Origin: a virus
Taxonomy: Duplodnaviria; Caudoviricetes
Direction: 5' to 3' (one strand)
IMG/VR virus record: IMGVR_UViG_3300032324_000105
Span: 1-38,050 of that record
DNA: 38,050 nucleotides
How positions within the stretch are numbered: the first letter of the stretch is position 1; every line of letters begins with the position of its first letter. Below the pieces are notes generated by a model. It had not been told where the DNA came from. It made no database searches and saw nothing but the letters and a program-made list of their open reading frames with translations. Position numbers and translations under genes: made by a program. Shown in pieces: positions 6,571-15,553 of this stretch.

Positions 6571-8621
6571 AGAATTAACGCTTCAATTACTTTAGGACCT
6601 TCGTCATCGGAGGTTTCTAAAGCCACTGCAAACACTCTACTAGCATGTGGTACTGCCATTACAGCGTATCCATTATCTGATGCAATTAAATCTTCGCCCT
6701 TCTTAATACGTCCAATTACCTTAACTGGTACACGACCTTTTAGAGCTATATATGTCCCACCTTCTAACCCACTGTTCATCATGTAAGCAGGATTATCAGA
6801 TACTACACCAATTGCACGGCATCCCCAAGTACTTGCTGTAACTTCTTTTTCACCACCAATTTTAACAACTGTACCAATATCATATTCTCTATCTGTAAGA
6901 TACTTTTCAGCCAAGTCAGCATAGTTAGCACTGGTAGCAGTTCCATGCACAATATTAACAAATATATCTGCGGCAGCATCACGTGCAACAATTGTGCTTG
7001 GGGTATTTAAAACAGAAGGAACTAACCCACCAAGGCGGTCTGCGTTAGTAGCAGTACCTGCAATGTTTCCTACTTGAATAGCTCCATTTGAATCTCTAAC
7101 CACAATCGTAAAAGGAGTATTGCTTATTGAAGCAACTCTAGGAACTTGATTTTGATCTAAAATGGAAATTGATTGTTGTGCAGTTCCTAAAAATTGAACT
7201 GCCGATAAGTTACCATCTGAATCACGTACTGCTACAGTATTTCTATACGGAGTTGGATTAACACTAGAAACCAATCCTACATAATCAGTACTACCAATTC
7301 TTATTTTAGAAGCTGTTTCTGAGACTCCAGAAAAAGCACCCCTAAATATAGTACTTGCACCACTAACATCAACTGCTATTTGTTGATCAACTGGAGCATT
7401 TAAATTAACTATGTTGCCATAATGACTACCATTAGTTCTTCCATTGAATACAGGAGTTAACCCACTAATTGTCAAAACTTCCGTGTTATCTTGTTTGACT
7501 ATATTTCCGTTTACGTTACCAACTAGACGGCCAACAAAACCTGCACTAGCAGATACAGTTGTTCCTTCTATCTTTCCTCTAAATGCCGCATTACCAACTG
7601 GCAAACCAGGATCATCAACTGCAACAAAATTACTTGCAATAACATTTTTAATTTTTCTAGCATTTGTGCCAAGACTAAAGGTGCTGTCTGTATCTGGAAT
7701 TATACCAGTATTGTCAATTGCAATAACTTTTCTAAGTGTTCCAGAAACAGTCACTCCTAAACTAATATTAGCTCCAGTTATATTATTAAGGTATGCTGTT
7801 CCAGCATTGTAACCTAAAAAGAAATTATCTGAACTTCCTAAGAACAAACCCTTAACATTTGAAAATGTTCCATTTGGATTAAGAGATGGCTCAACCCTAA
7901 TGGATAAACTGGTATTCATAATTTGATTACCAGTTCCTGTATTTTGTACAAAATTTGCCGCAGGAATTTCTACATTGTTTACTAGCAATGATTCTGAAGT
8001 CTTAGCTACACCACCAAATTTAATATTTGGATAATTTGTTCTTGAAGGCAATGTAACGCCTTTAAAAATTTTACCAAACCCTGTTACAGGAGTTTGTGTT
8101 GAATCAATATCAAACTCATCTTTAGAAAATATAGTAGTAATAGTATCTTCAAACTGTGACGCTAGTACTGTATGTCTATTGCCGCCAGTATCAATCAATA
8201 CCTTAGATACCAATTGGGCCGCGTTTGGATTAACTAATAACGGACCAATCAATTTGTGTTCAGTGCCGTTATATGCAAACAGTTGACTAGTTGTGGTATT
8301 AAACCATAAGTCTCCTGCTAATTGTCCTGTTGGAGCTGTAGTACTATGTTCAATAGTACCTAAAGGTTTAAATTCAACTCCATTGTAAATTTTAATTTTT
8401 TTAACACTGGTATCAAACCAAAGTTGTCCAGTAATTTTATTTGTTGGTTCTACAGAATTAGCAAAATTTTCTAATAGATATACTAAACTCTCGTTTAATG
8501 ATTTTCCGTATCCAGAATAGTTTTTTCCAGGTAAATTAAGATCTGTAGAAATGTTATCTACAGAACCATCCTGTATTATAGCTATTGTTTGACCGTTAAA
8601 TTTCTTTATTGTATATGGCAT
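6567..8621 (-). CDS. Tail fibre/baseplate fibre paralogue 4 with a C-terminal intramolecular-chaperone-like (Peptidase_G2-like) domain
   Basis: Shared N-terminal GKNY.GYG...LLENFA..P...GQLW domain; C-terminal YADLAEKY...GVVS..P...IALKGRVPVKV. Confidence 0.75.
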   Translation of the reverse strand: MPYTIKKFNGQTIAIIQDGSVDNISTDLNLPGKNYSGYGKSLNESLVYLLENFANSVEPTNKITGQLWFDTSVKKIKIYNGVEFKPLGTIEHSTTAPTGQLAGDLWFNTTTSQLFAYNGTEHKLIGPLLVNPNAAQLVSKVLIDTGGNRHTVLASQFEDTITTIFSKDEFDIDSTQTPVTGFGKIFKGVTLPSRTNYPNIKFGGVAKTSESLLVNNVEIPAANFVQNTGTGNQIMNTSLSIRVEPSLNPNGTFSNVKGLFLGSSDNFFLGYNAGTAYLNNITGANISLGVTVSGTLRKVIAIDNTGIIPDTDSTFSLGTNARKIKNVIASNFVAVDDPGLPVGNAAFRGKIEGTTVSASAGFVGRLVGNVNGNIVKQDNTEVLTISGLTPVFNGRTNGSHYGNIVNLNAPVDQQIAVDVSGASTIFRGAFSGVSETASKIRIGSTDYVGLVSSVNPTPYRNTVAVRDSDGNLSAVQFLGTAQQSISILDQNQVPRVASISNTPFTIVVRDSNGAIQVGNIAGTATNADRLGGLVPSVLNTPSTIVARDAAADIFVNIVHGTATSANYADLAEKYLTDREYDIGTVVKIGGEKEVTASTWGCRAIGVVSDNPAYMMNSGLEGGTYIALKGRVPVKVIGRIKKGEDLIASDNGYAVMAVPHASRVFAVALETSDDEGPKVIEALIL

Positions 8622-8640
8622 GTCAACTCTCAGTTATTTC

Positions 8641-8650
8641 TAATATTTAC
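8641..8650 (-). promoter_or_regulatory. Late-promoter-like box (GTAAATATTA)
   Basis: Intergenic TAAATAT, matching the boxes at 16231-16241 and 33931-33940. Confidence 0.5.
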
Positions 8651-8652
8651 CA

Positions 8653-9117
8653 TTAAACTACTTTCTTAGAAAGCATGGTTGCTTCTTGTTCTTTTGATAC
8701 CCAAGTATATGCTTCTGAATTGCTTGAATACGCTTGAACCTTTTGTAAATGTTCTTGTCTAACTGCTTTTAAAAAATCCCGCATAGCTACGAATTCTGGA
8801 GTTTTTTCTGTGGCATTTTTGTCCAGCATGTCCACTAAAATATTCAGTTGTTTGTGTATTGAATAAGTTTCTAAAACTTTTAAGTTAGTAGCATAATTTA
8901 GTGTGGACTCAGTAACGACTGGTTTATCAAGTCTGGACATTACTTGTCCAGTTGCATAGTCACCACTCCAGTATTCTTGATTCACAGTGTCAATACTCAC
9001 GTCTCTAACGTAAAATTTAGACAAGTCCAATACTGATGCATCAGTGTCAGCAGTGACCTCACCAATAAGAATCCCTGTAGATTTTAAAAACAATAATTTT
9101 CTATTTTCTTTTGCCAT
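8653..9117 (-). CDS. Hypothetical protein, possible fibre-associated/assembly protein
   Basis: ATG 9117 overlaps the oxygenase stop (TAATG). The gene lies between fibre genes; function is suggested by position only. Confidence 0.7.
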   Translation of the reverse strand: MAKENRKLLFLKSTGILIGEVTADTDASVLDLSKFYVRDVSIDTVNQEYWSGDYATGQVMSRLDKPVVTESTLNYATNLKVLETYSIHKQLNILVDMLDKNATEKTPEFVAMRDFLKAVRQEHLQKVQAYSSNSEAYTWVSKEQEATMLSKKVV

Positions 9118-9608
9118 TATATTCCCCAACTTAATACAAGACTATATTTTGATTGTTCGTCTTGTCCAATTTCTGTTACTTCGTGTTCAATATGAATAGG
9201 CATTTCTAAATACGCTCCAGGTTCTTCTTCAACAAAATTCCTGTTGCCTTCTTTATCATACCAAACAAAATGAGGCTTATCACTTCTTAAAAATATTAGC
9301 TTAAATTTCCAGTATGCTCCTTGAGAATCTTTATGTCTTTTTAAAAAATCTCCTGAATCATATCTGTTAATCACAAAGCCTGTAGCAGTTTTATCTTCAT
9401 CACTTAACGTTTTAAAAATAGCTGCCTTTAATTCTTCACTCATATTAAAATAAAAAAGAGATTTCATTTGACTATCTCCATATGATGTAGAAAAATTATA
9501 TTTTTCATTTGGCTGTCTTAAAGAAAAATTGTTCTTTTCTTTTTCTACCAATTCTATAATTTCACCAACATTAGTCAAATAATTCTTAATTAAATTAACC
9601 TGATACAT
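9117..9608 (-). CDS. 2OG-Fe(II) oxygenase superfamily protein
   Basis: INRY..GDFL..HKD (HxD), distal HEV and KYSLV (K at the usual RxS position). ATG 9608 lies inside the end of the upstream fibre gene. Confidence 0.82.
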   Translation of the reverse strand: MYQVNLIKNYLTNVGEIIELVEKEKNNFSLRQPNEKYNFSTSYGDSQMKSLFYFNMSEELKAAIFKTLSDEDKTATGFVINRYDSGDFLKRHKDSQGAYWKFKLIFLRSDKPHFVWYDKEGNRNFVEEEPGAYLEMPIHIEHEVTEIGQDEQSKYSLVLSWGI

Positions 9609-11511
9609 ATTCCCAACTTGTTCTTCCTGCATTAACTCTGTACACTAAATCGTTATTTCTTGTAGGATTTTCTACTGTTGTAACTACACTTATACTACTA
9701 ACATAGTGTATACTAATAAAACTTCCATATGTTGCACTTGTGGTAGTAGAAATATTTTGTATTGTAGAAGCAACTCTACACACTGTTAGTGGGATCAGGT
9801 TTGCAACTGGTGCAAGAGAATTCAAAATTTCAACAACTGACCCTGCGCCAGAACCTGTCTCATTTAATCCTTTAGTATCTAAACTAAAAAATAAAGGTTT
9901 ACTTTGTACTAAATTATCAACATACTGTTTTGTAACAGCATGTCTTGAATCAATTGGATCAGCTGCCAATGTTAATGGTCCAGCAAGTGTTCCACCTAAT
10001 ACTGACAATCTAGTAGTGTCTGTTATTACAATACTTTCACTACCGTCAAATGCCACTCCATTTATAGTTCTTGGTACAGCTAGCGTTGATGCTGAACTTG
10101 CATTTCCAGTCAGTTGTCCAATAAACTCTCTAGTAGCATTATTGATCACTACTTGACCATTTGATGCCAGTACATTACCAGTTATATTACCGGTTACATT
10201 ACCTGTAACATTGCCTGTAACATTGCCAGTTACGTTACCAGTTACATTACCAGTTACATTACCAGTTACACTACCAGTTAGGTTGCCAGTTACGTTACCT
10301 GTAATATTACCAATTGTATTGCCTTGAAGACTACCAACAAGTTTGCCATAGAATTCAGTAGTAGATTTTGTTAAATCAATTACTGTTGTGAGACCATCTC
10401 TAGTGTAAACCTTATCTAGTTTAGCATTGTCACCATTTATGTTACCAATAACATTTCCTGTTACTGTACCAGTTAAATTACCGTTTAAACTAGTGGAGTA
10501 AACTGCATTAAAAGGACCTGCTGCCGAACCAATATCCACAGTGCTCAATGGTTTGACAACTGTTTTGTTAGATAATCCACTGTCAAAAGATATTATATCT
10601 CTAATTGGTTCAAAAGGTTCTGCACAAGTAACTACTAATCGTGTGCCAGTATAAACAATGTGGCCGTCTAAATCTTCGTCAGCATTTGATCCTACATAGT
10701 TTCCAATTTTGACTAGATATTGTGAATTAACGTTATCTCTAATGCCTGCGTGTACGTGTTCTTTAGTCCAAATACTAGACTGTATTTCTTGTACTAATGT
10801 GCTATCAGTTCTAACAAAACTTTCTGTTGCAAGCGGGCCATCTGCTGGGTCAAATAATGTGTGAGCTTGGTCTACTTTGCCATTCATTAAAGATGGTCCA
10901 ACAAAATTAATTCCACGCATCACTCTACCAGGAGAAGAAGAATTATCATGCAACTCAACAATAGGTGTAGAAGGCACAAATTCATACTTAGACATAATTG
11001 CAACTGGTGCGTTATCAACGTATAAAGTTAGTACTGGGTTTGACGTTACTACACTTTCGCCGTCTTTAATACCTAGAATGACACTTCCTTCTAATCTACT
11101 AGTCCCAAATCCTGGAATACTAGTAGTAACTAAATCGTAATCTGTTCCATTAAAAACTTTTAATTCGTTTGAGGTAGTGTTATACCAAAAGTCGCCCTTC
11201 TTAGATGACAATAATGCCGGTTTAGTTGACACCAATTCAATTCTACCAACTCCTTGCCAAATTTCAGAAGAACTGTAGAGTTTTAATTGATTCGTTGAAG
11301 TGTCATACCATAATTGTCCAACTAAAGGACTGTCAGGAGGAGTATTTTTAGAAAAGTTTTCTAATAAATGTACAAAATTTTCATTTTGATAAAACCCATA
11401 ACCAGCAACGTTTCTTCCAACCAAGTTTAAAGATACGGTTGAACTGTCTATTGCACCATCTGGTACATCGACTAATACGCTGTTGTTTGAAAGTTTAATT
11501 GAATATGTCAT
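9595..11511 (-). CDS. Tail fibre paralogue 3 with a GNVT-repeat shaft
   Basis: Shared N-terminal domain, G-N-V-T tetrad repeats, PRTINGVAFDGS fibre motif and HAVTKQYVD. Confidence 0.78.
   Translation of the reverse strand: MTYSIKLSNNSVLVDVPDGAIDSSTVSLNLVGRNVAGYGFYQNENFVHLLENFSKNTPPDSPLVGQLWYDTSTNQLKLYSSSEIWQGVGRIELVSTKPALLSSKKGDFWYNTTSNELKVFNGTDYDLVTTSIPGFGTSRLEGSVILGIKDGESVVTSNPVLTLYVDNAPVAIMSKYEFVPSTPIVELHDNSSSPGRVMRGINFVGPSLMNGKVDQAHTLFDPADGPLATESFVRTDSTLVQEIQSSIWTKEHVHAGIRDNVNSQYLVKIGNYVGSNADEDLDGHIVYTGTRLVVTCAEPFEPIRDIISFDSGLSNKTVVKPLSTVDIGSAAGPFNAVYSTSLNGNLTGTVTGNVIGNINGDNAKLDKVYTRDGLTTVIDLTKSTTEFYGKLVGSLQGNTIGNITGNVTGNLTGSVTGNVTGNVTGNVTGNVTGNVTGNVTGNITGNVLASNGQVVINNATREFIGQLTGNASSASTLAVPRTINGVAFDGSESIVITDTTRLSVLGGTLAGPLTLAADPIDSRHAVTKQYVDNLVQSKPLFFSLDTKGLNETGSGAGSVVEILNSLAPVANLIPLTVCRVASTIQNISTTTSATYGSFISIHYVSSISVVTTVENPTRNNDLVYRVNAGRTSWEYVSG
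10168..10323 (-). repeat. Imperfect 12-bp tandem repeat, 13 units (G-N-V-T)
   Basis: GNTI GNIT GNVT GNLT GSVT (GNVT)x6 GNIT GNVL; the units differ at synonymous sites. Confidence 0.9.
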
Positions 11512-11523
11512 CTAATCGCTCCG

Positions 11524-13293
11524 TTATACTGCAATGTCTTGTCCAGTTTGGTATACCCATGTTCTTGTTCCTACAGCAAGCTCACACTGATAAATTCTTA
11601 CTACTCGTGTTACAGTAGGAGTTGTTGCTCCATTTGTATATGATAGGCATAATGCTCTAACAATATCTCCAACATTGACAGATAGTGCAGGGATTAGTGC
11701 ATTAATTTGTGAAATAGCATCAGTTGCAGGGGCCGCAAGACCTGTTGTATCAACTGTTATGTAATTTAGAGACGTTTTAACGTCATCAACGTATTCTTTA
11801 TTTGCCGCATCAAACTGTAAGGATGGAACATCAACGTTTGCAATTCTAGCTCTAGTAGTAAGTTCAATTATTCTACCAGTTCCTAAAGTAATAATAAAAT
11901 TAGAAGCTGGATCTACTGATAATTCATTGTCAGTAAATGTAAATTCGGCTGCTTGTAGGTCTGACAAATGTCCAACATTTGTTAAACTACTGTTTACAAC
12001 ATTAGTTCCTAATGTTGTAGAACTCAAAACTTGATTGTTTCCAATATACAAACTGTTTGTTGAAGGAATTTTAAAATTATCATTAACTTCCCAAGCTGGC
12101 AAAGTTACTAAAGGCGACAATGTAACCGTAATTCCAGACTTCATCCATCTTAGTAATTTAGTTGTAGCTCCGTAGACTGTTAATCCTGCGCCATCTGCTG
12201 TAGTATCCGAAGGTGTTGAAACTACTGCAAGTTCAATATTTTTATCAGTAATCTGTAGTGTAGTAGAATTAGTAAACTGTGTTTCTCCTACAACAGTTAA
12301 ACTACCTTCAATAGTAACATCTCCATTGACATTTAACTGAGGAGTGTCGCCTGGGAGAGAATTCCAAGTGTCGTTGGGATAGATATTAATTGACTTATTT
12401 GTTGGGTCTATCATTAATGAATTTTGAAATCCATTAGATGTGCGAGTTTGTAATGTAAACTTGTTGTTAACACCGTTGTTTGTCAAATAGGTATGATAAT
12501 TGCCGCTTTCTGGCTCTATATACAATGCTATACCAGTATCTGTTGCTGAAATTATTAGACCATCAAGACTTGTTAGTGTTAAACTTCCATCAATACTAGA
12601 ATTTTTATCACTTCTAACAAATTTAGTAGATATTAGATTTCCATCAACCGAATCAATTAATGCTGTTGCTGACTGTGCAGGCGCATTTATATTGTTGTCT
12701 ACAACGCTGGTACTAAAAGATAAACCCGCTTTAAGTTCTGTGATGCCAGTAGTAAATCCTGAAATTGCAATTAGTGGTACAAAAGCACTAGGATTTAGTA
12801 TGGCCATTTTTACATTTGACACATACATCACTGCTACTACTCTAGAATTACCTCTAGTATCAATAATTTCTTCTACTATCCAGCCTGTTTTGCCTTGACT
12901 TGATGTATAAATTGGTCCAGCAGTTACTAAATTAGATCCATCAAAAAACTTTAATTGTTGACTAGCATTATCAATCCATAAGTCACCCTGAACCAAGTTA
13001 GCTGGTCTGCTTGTGCTAACAAAAGGACTACCAACAGGTCTCCAATTTGTTCCATCAAAAACATTTAATTTACTTGTAGTAGAATTAAACCACAACTGTC
13101 CTTTAATTTGATTATTTGGAGGACTTGAATTTGAAAAATTTTCTAATAGGTGTACTAGGTTAGAATTGTAAATCTCCCCAATACCTTTGAAATTTTTACC
13201 AATTAGTTTTATAGAGGTGCTAGAACTATCAACTGTACCATCTGTCACAATTGCTACTATTTTACCGTCTGTTTTTTTTATTTCGTATGGCAT
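11524..13293 (-). CDS. Tail fibre/baseplate fibre paralogue 2
   Basis: Shared N-terminal domain; V.G.VTI.G.LTV.G, ITDKNIELA, ADGAG and DAANKEYVD motifs; AAGGA RBS. Confidence 0.75.
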   Translation of the reverse strand: MPYEIKKTDGKIVAIVTDGTVDSSSTSIKLIGKNFKGIGEIYNSNLVHLLENFSNSSPPNNQIKGQLWFNSTTSKLNVFDGTNWRPVGSPFVSTSRPANLVQGDLWIDNASQQLKFFDGSNLVTAGPIYTSSQGKTGWIVEEIIDTRGNSRVVAVMYVSNVKMAILNPSAFVPLIAISGFTTGITELKAGLSFSTSVVDNNINAPAQSATALIDSVDGNLISTKFVRSDKNSSIDGSLTLTSLDGLIISATDTGIALYIEPESGNYHTYLTNNGVNNKFTLQTRTSNGFQNSLMIDPTNKSINIYPNDTWNSLPGDTPQLNVNGDVTIEGSLTVVGETQFTNSTTLQITDKNIELAVVSTPSDTTADGAGLTVYGATTKLLRWMKSGITVTLSPLVTLPAWEVNDNFKIPSTNSLYIGNNQVLSSTTLGTNVVNSSLTNVGHLSDLQAAEFTFTDNELSVDPASNFIITLGTGRIIELTTRARIANVDVPSLQFDAANKEYVDDVKTSLNYITVDTTGLAAPATDAISQINALIPALSVNVGDIVRALCLSYTNGATTPTVTRVVRIYQCELAVGTRTWVYQTGQDIAV

Positions 13294-13302
13294 TGTCTAT
13301 CC

Positions 13303-15552
13303 TTAACCTATTTGAGATGAACCAACACCCGCCCTAATAATATAGTTAATTGTTAAGTATGGGTTAGTGATAGGAATGTTAAAGTTCCTGTTTAAAGTTT
13401 GTCCTGAACCAGGTGAAAATTGAATTTGATCAGATCCACTAGAGAATGTATTAAGAGTCTGCTGACTTGATCCGCCTTCTCCACCATTAGTAGATGCTGT
13501 GAAGTTTCCAGTTCTGTTTGAAATTCTATCTGTAGAATTTAATGGCACACTTTCTCTTAGAACAACTAGTGTAAATGTTAGCGTTGCATTGGCTCCGGCA
13601 GTAATTGGATTATTTAAACCCACTGTGTTTGAATTTGGTATACTTGTAACAATTGTTCCTGCTGGAATGGTTGCTTCAGTGCTAGTAACTTGCATACCAA
13701 TAGCAATATTATCAGTGTTGGAAACTGTTACAGATGTTTGACTAGTTTGTCCAACAACAACTGTTTTCTGTACCACAGGATTGGCAAACGAATTTGCCAT
13801 GCCAACATTACCAAGAGGGAATCTGCCACGTAAATCGGGAAGTCTAAAATATGTGCCGCCGGCGCCGCTGCCGTAAGTAGTTCCAATAGTCTGATAAAGA
13901 ATAGGATATTCCGTTCTACTAACCAGTGCGCCATCACATAATAAGTATCCTAAAGGAACAGCAGTTGCCGCAAATGGAAAAATACTACCAATTGGAACAA
14001 ATGCTTCTCCTAATAAGAAACTTGTACGTGTTACCCTACGTAAACCTACGTTAGATCTATGTATTAAAATAGTATCGTCTGTTCTATTATCTAATACTTC
14101 TGGTTTTCCTCGTATTGCAGAGTCTGCAAGTGTGGCCCCAATTGTCAGTGTTCCACCTGTTCCGTTAAAACTTACAGGAGCAGGACTGGTTAAATCCCCA
14201 CCAAGCTGGAAATTAGTTGAAACTGCTAAAGAGCTGGCTGCGCCAATTACTGTACCAGTTACTGTACCAGTAAATGCTCCGCTAAATGCTCCGCTAAATG
14301 TATCTGCATAGACTGTTTTAAATCTATTAGTTGGTGTTCCAATATCATAAAGACTATTTGCTTGTGGTATAATTGCTGGACCAGTAATTGTTCCACCAAA
14401 TTGATCTAGTTCACCAACACGCAAGTGACCGCTGGAAGTAATGTTTTTACCAACATATAAATTTTTTGCAATACCTGCACCGCCTCTTATTTGCAAGGAT
14501 CCGCTAGTAGCACTTGTACTATCTAGTATACCAGTTGTAATTAAATGACCACTAATAAACGCATCACCATTAACATCTAATTCTGCATTAGGTAATGGAT
14601 GATTAATACCAACTCGTTTATTTTTTCCATCAATTTTTAGAATAACATTATTAGCTCCTTGATATGCAATTACCATATCAATTGAGCCACCGTCTGAAGT
14701 ATTTTTAATTACCCCAGATCCTTGAACAACTGCTAAACTCAAATTATTTGCAGTTCCAATTGTAAGACCTGCGTCATTCAATATAGACTGTTGTCCATAA
14801 AATAAGTTCAATGTATCTCTTCGAGCAAAATTGTCAGCTGACACAGTTTCAACGCTTGGTGTTAAAACATTTAGTGCGTCAGCTGAAGTTGATGATCCAT
14901 GAATTTTTGCGCCCGTTGTAGCCACTGTGGTGTCGCCTGGGCCTATGAATTTTTTGCCAGTAATATTAATGCCTGGATTTAATTGATTAAATCCTTCAAT
15001 TGTTTTTTGAGGGATAAAACTTTCTGTTGCAATAATTTTTATTGCACTGTCATTGTTATATTCAATAGTTACAAAGTGTTCAATTCCTGAGCTATCTAAA
15101 ATAGCTTCAACATATACTCCAGACTTTTTACCAGACAATGCTGATGGTCCAACCAATACCCAATCTGTACCATTGTATAAATTTAATTGCTGAGTTAGTG
15201 TATCAACCCAAAGATCACCTAACAACGCATTAGTTGGTCTACCTAATGTAGGAGCAACGTGAGTTCCGCCTGCTGGTCTCCAATTATTTGTTCCGCCAGT
15301 AGAGTCGTTAATATACAATCTCTTAGTGCTGTTATTATACCATAACTGTCCTTCAATACTGTTACTAGGGGACAGTGGACTAGCAAAATTTTCTAAAAGA
15401 TGTACAAAACTTTTTGCAACAGCAACACCGTAATTCGAATAATTTCTACCAACAAGACTTAGGCTGGTACTGGTATTGTTTTCAGTTAAATCATTAACAG
15501 TTATAGGGTTAGAACTTTTCCCTGGATCACTAAAAGAAATTGAATACGGCAT
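13303..15552 (-). CDS. Tail fibre paralogue 1 with a phage tail-collar domain
   Basis: Shared N-terminal domain; collar VPIGSIFPFA...GYLLCDG...Y..L...IG..YG...F.LPDLRGRFPLG (about 13810-14000); C-terminal NPYLTINYII. Confidence 0.85.
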   Translation of the reverse strand: MPYSISFSDPGKSSNPITVNDLTENNTSTSLSLVGRNYSNYGVAVAKSFVHLLENFASPLSPSNSIEGQLWYNNSTKRLYINDSTGGTNNWRPAGGTHVAPTLGRPTNALLGDLWVDTLTQQLNLYNGTDWVLVGPSALSGKKSGVYVEAILDSSGIEHFVTIEYNNDSAIKIIATESFIPQKTIEGFNQLNPGINITGKKFIGPGDTTVATTGAKIHGSSTSADALNVLTPSVETVSADNFARRDTLNLFYGQQSILNDAGLTIGTANNLSLAVVQGSGVIKNTSDGGSIDMVIAYQGANNVILKIDGKNKRVGINHPLPNAELDVNGDAFISGHLITTGILDSTSATSGSLQIRGGAGIAKNLYVGKNITSSGHLRVGELDQFGGTITGPAIIPQANSLYDIGTPTNRFKTVYADTFSGAFSGAFTGTVTGTVIGAASSLAVSTNFQLGGDLTSPAPVSFNGTGGTLTIGATLADSAIRGKPEVLDNRTDDTILIHRSNVGLRRVTRTSFLLGEAFVPIGSIFPFAATAVPLGYLLCDGALVSRTEYPILYQTIGTTYGSGAGGTYFRLPDLRGRFPLGNVGMANSFANPVVQKTVVVGQTSQTSVTVSNTDNIAIGMQVTSTEATIPAGTIVTSIPNSNTVGLNNPITAGANATLTFTLVVLRESVPLNSTDRISNRTGNFTASTNGGEGGSSQQTLNTFSSGSDQIQFSPGSGQTLNRNFNIPITNPYLTINYIIRAGVGSSQIG

Positions 15553-15553
15553 C

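Noticed and set aside
1181-9632. Longer track starts at 1181, 2408, 4217, 5674, 9129 and 9632
   Set aside because: They overlap promoters or upstream genes; downstream ATGs (1238, 2426, 4274, 5698, 9117, 9608) have an RBS or stop-start coupling.
10168-10323. CRISPR array or collagen-like repeat
   Set aside because: The 12-bp units are coding, have no spacers, and have a Gly period of 4 rather than 3.
6567-15552. Diversity-generating retroelement or invertase shufflon acting on the fibres
   Set aside because: No reverse transcriptase, recombinase, near-identical TR/VR pair or inverted cassette was seen; paralogue similarity is at the protein level only.
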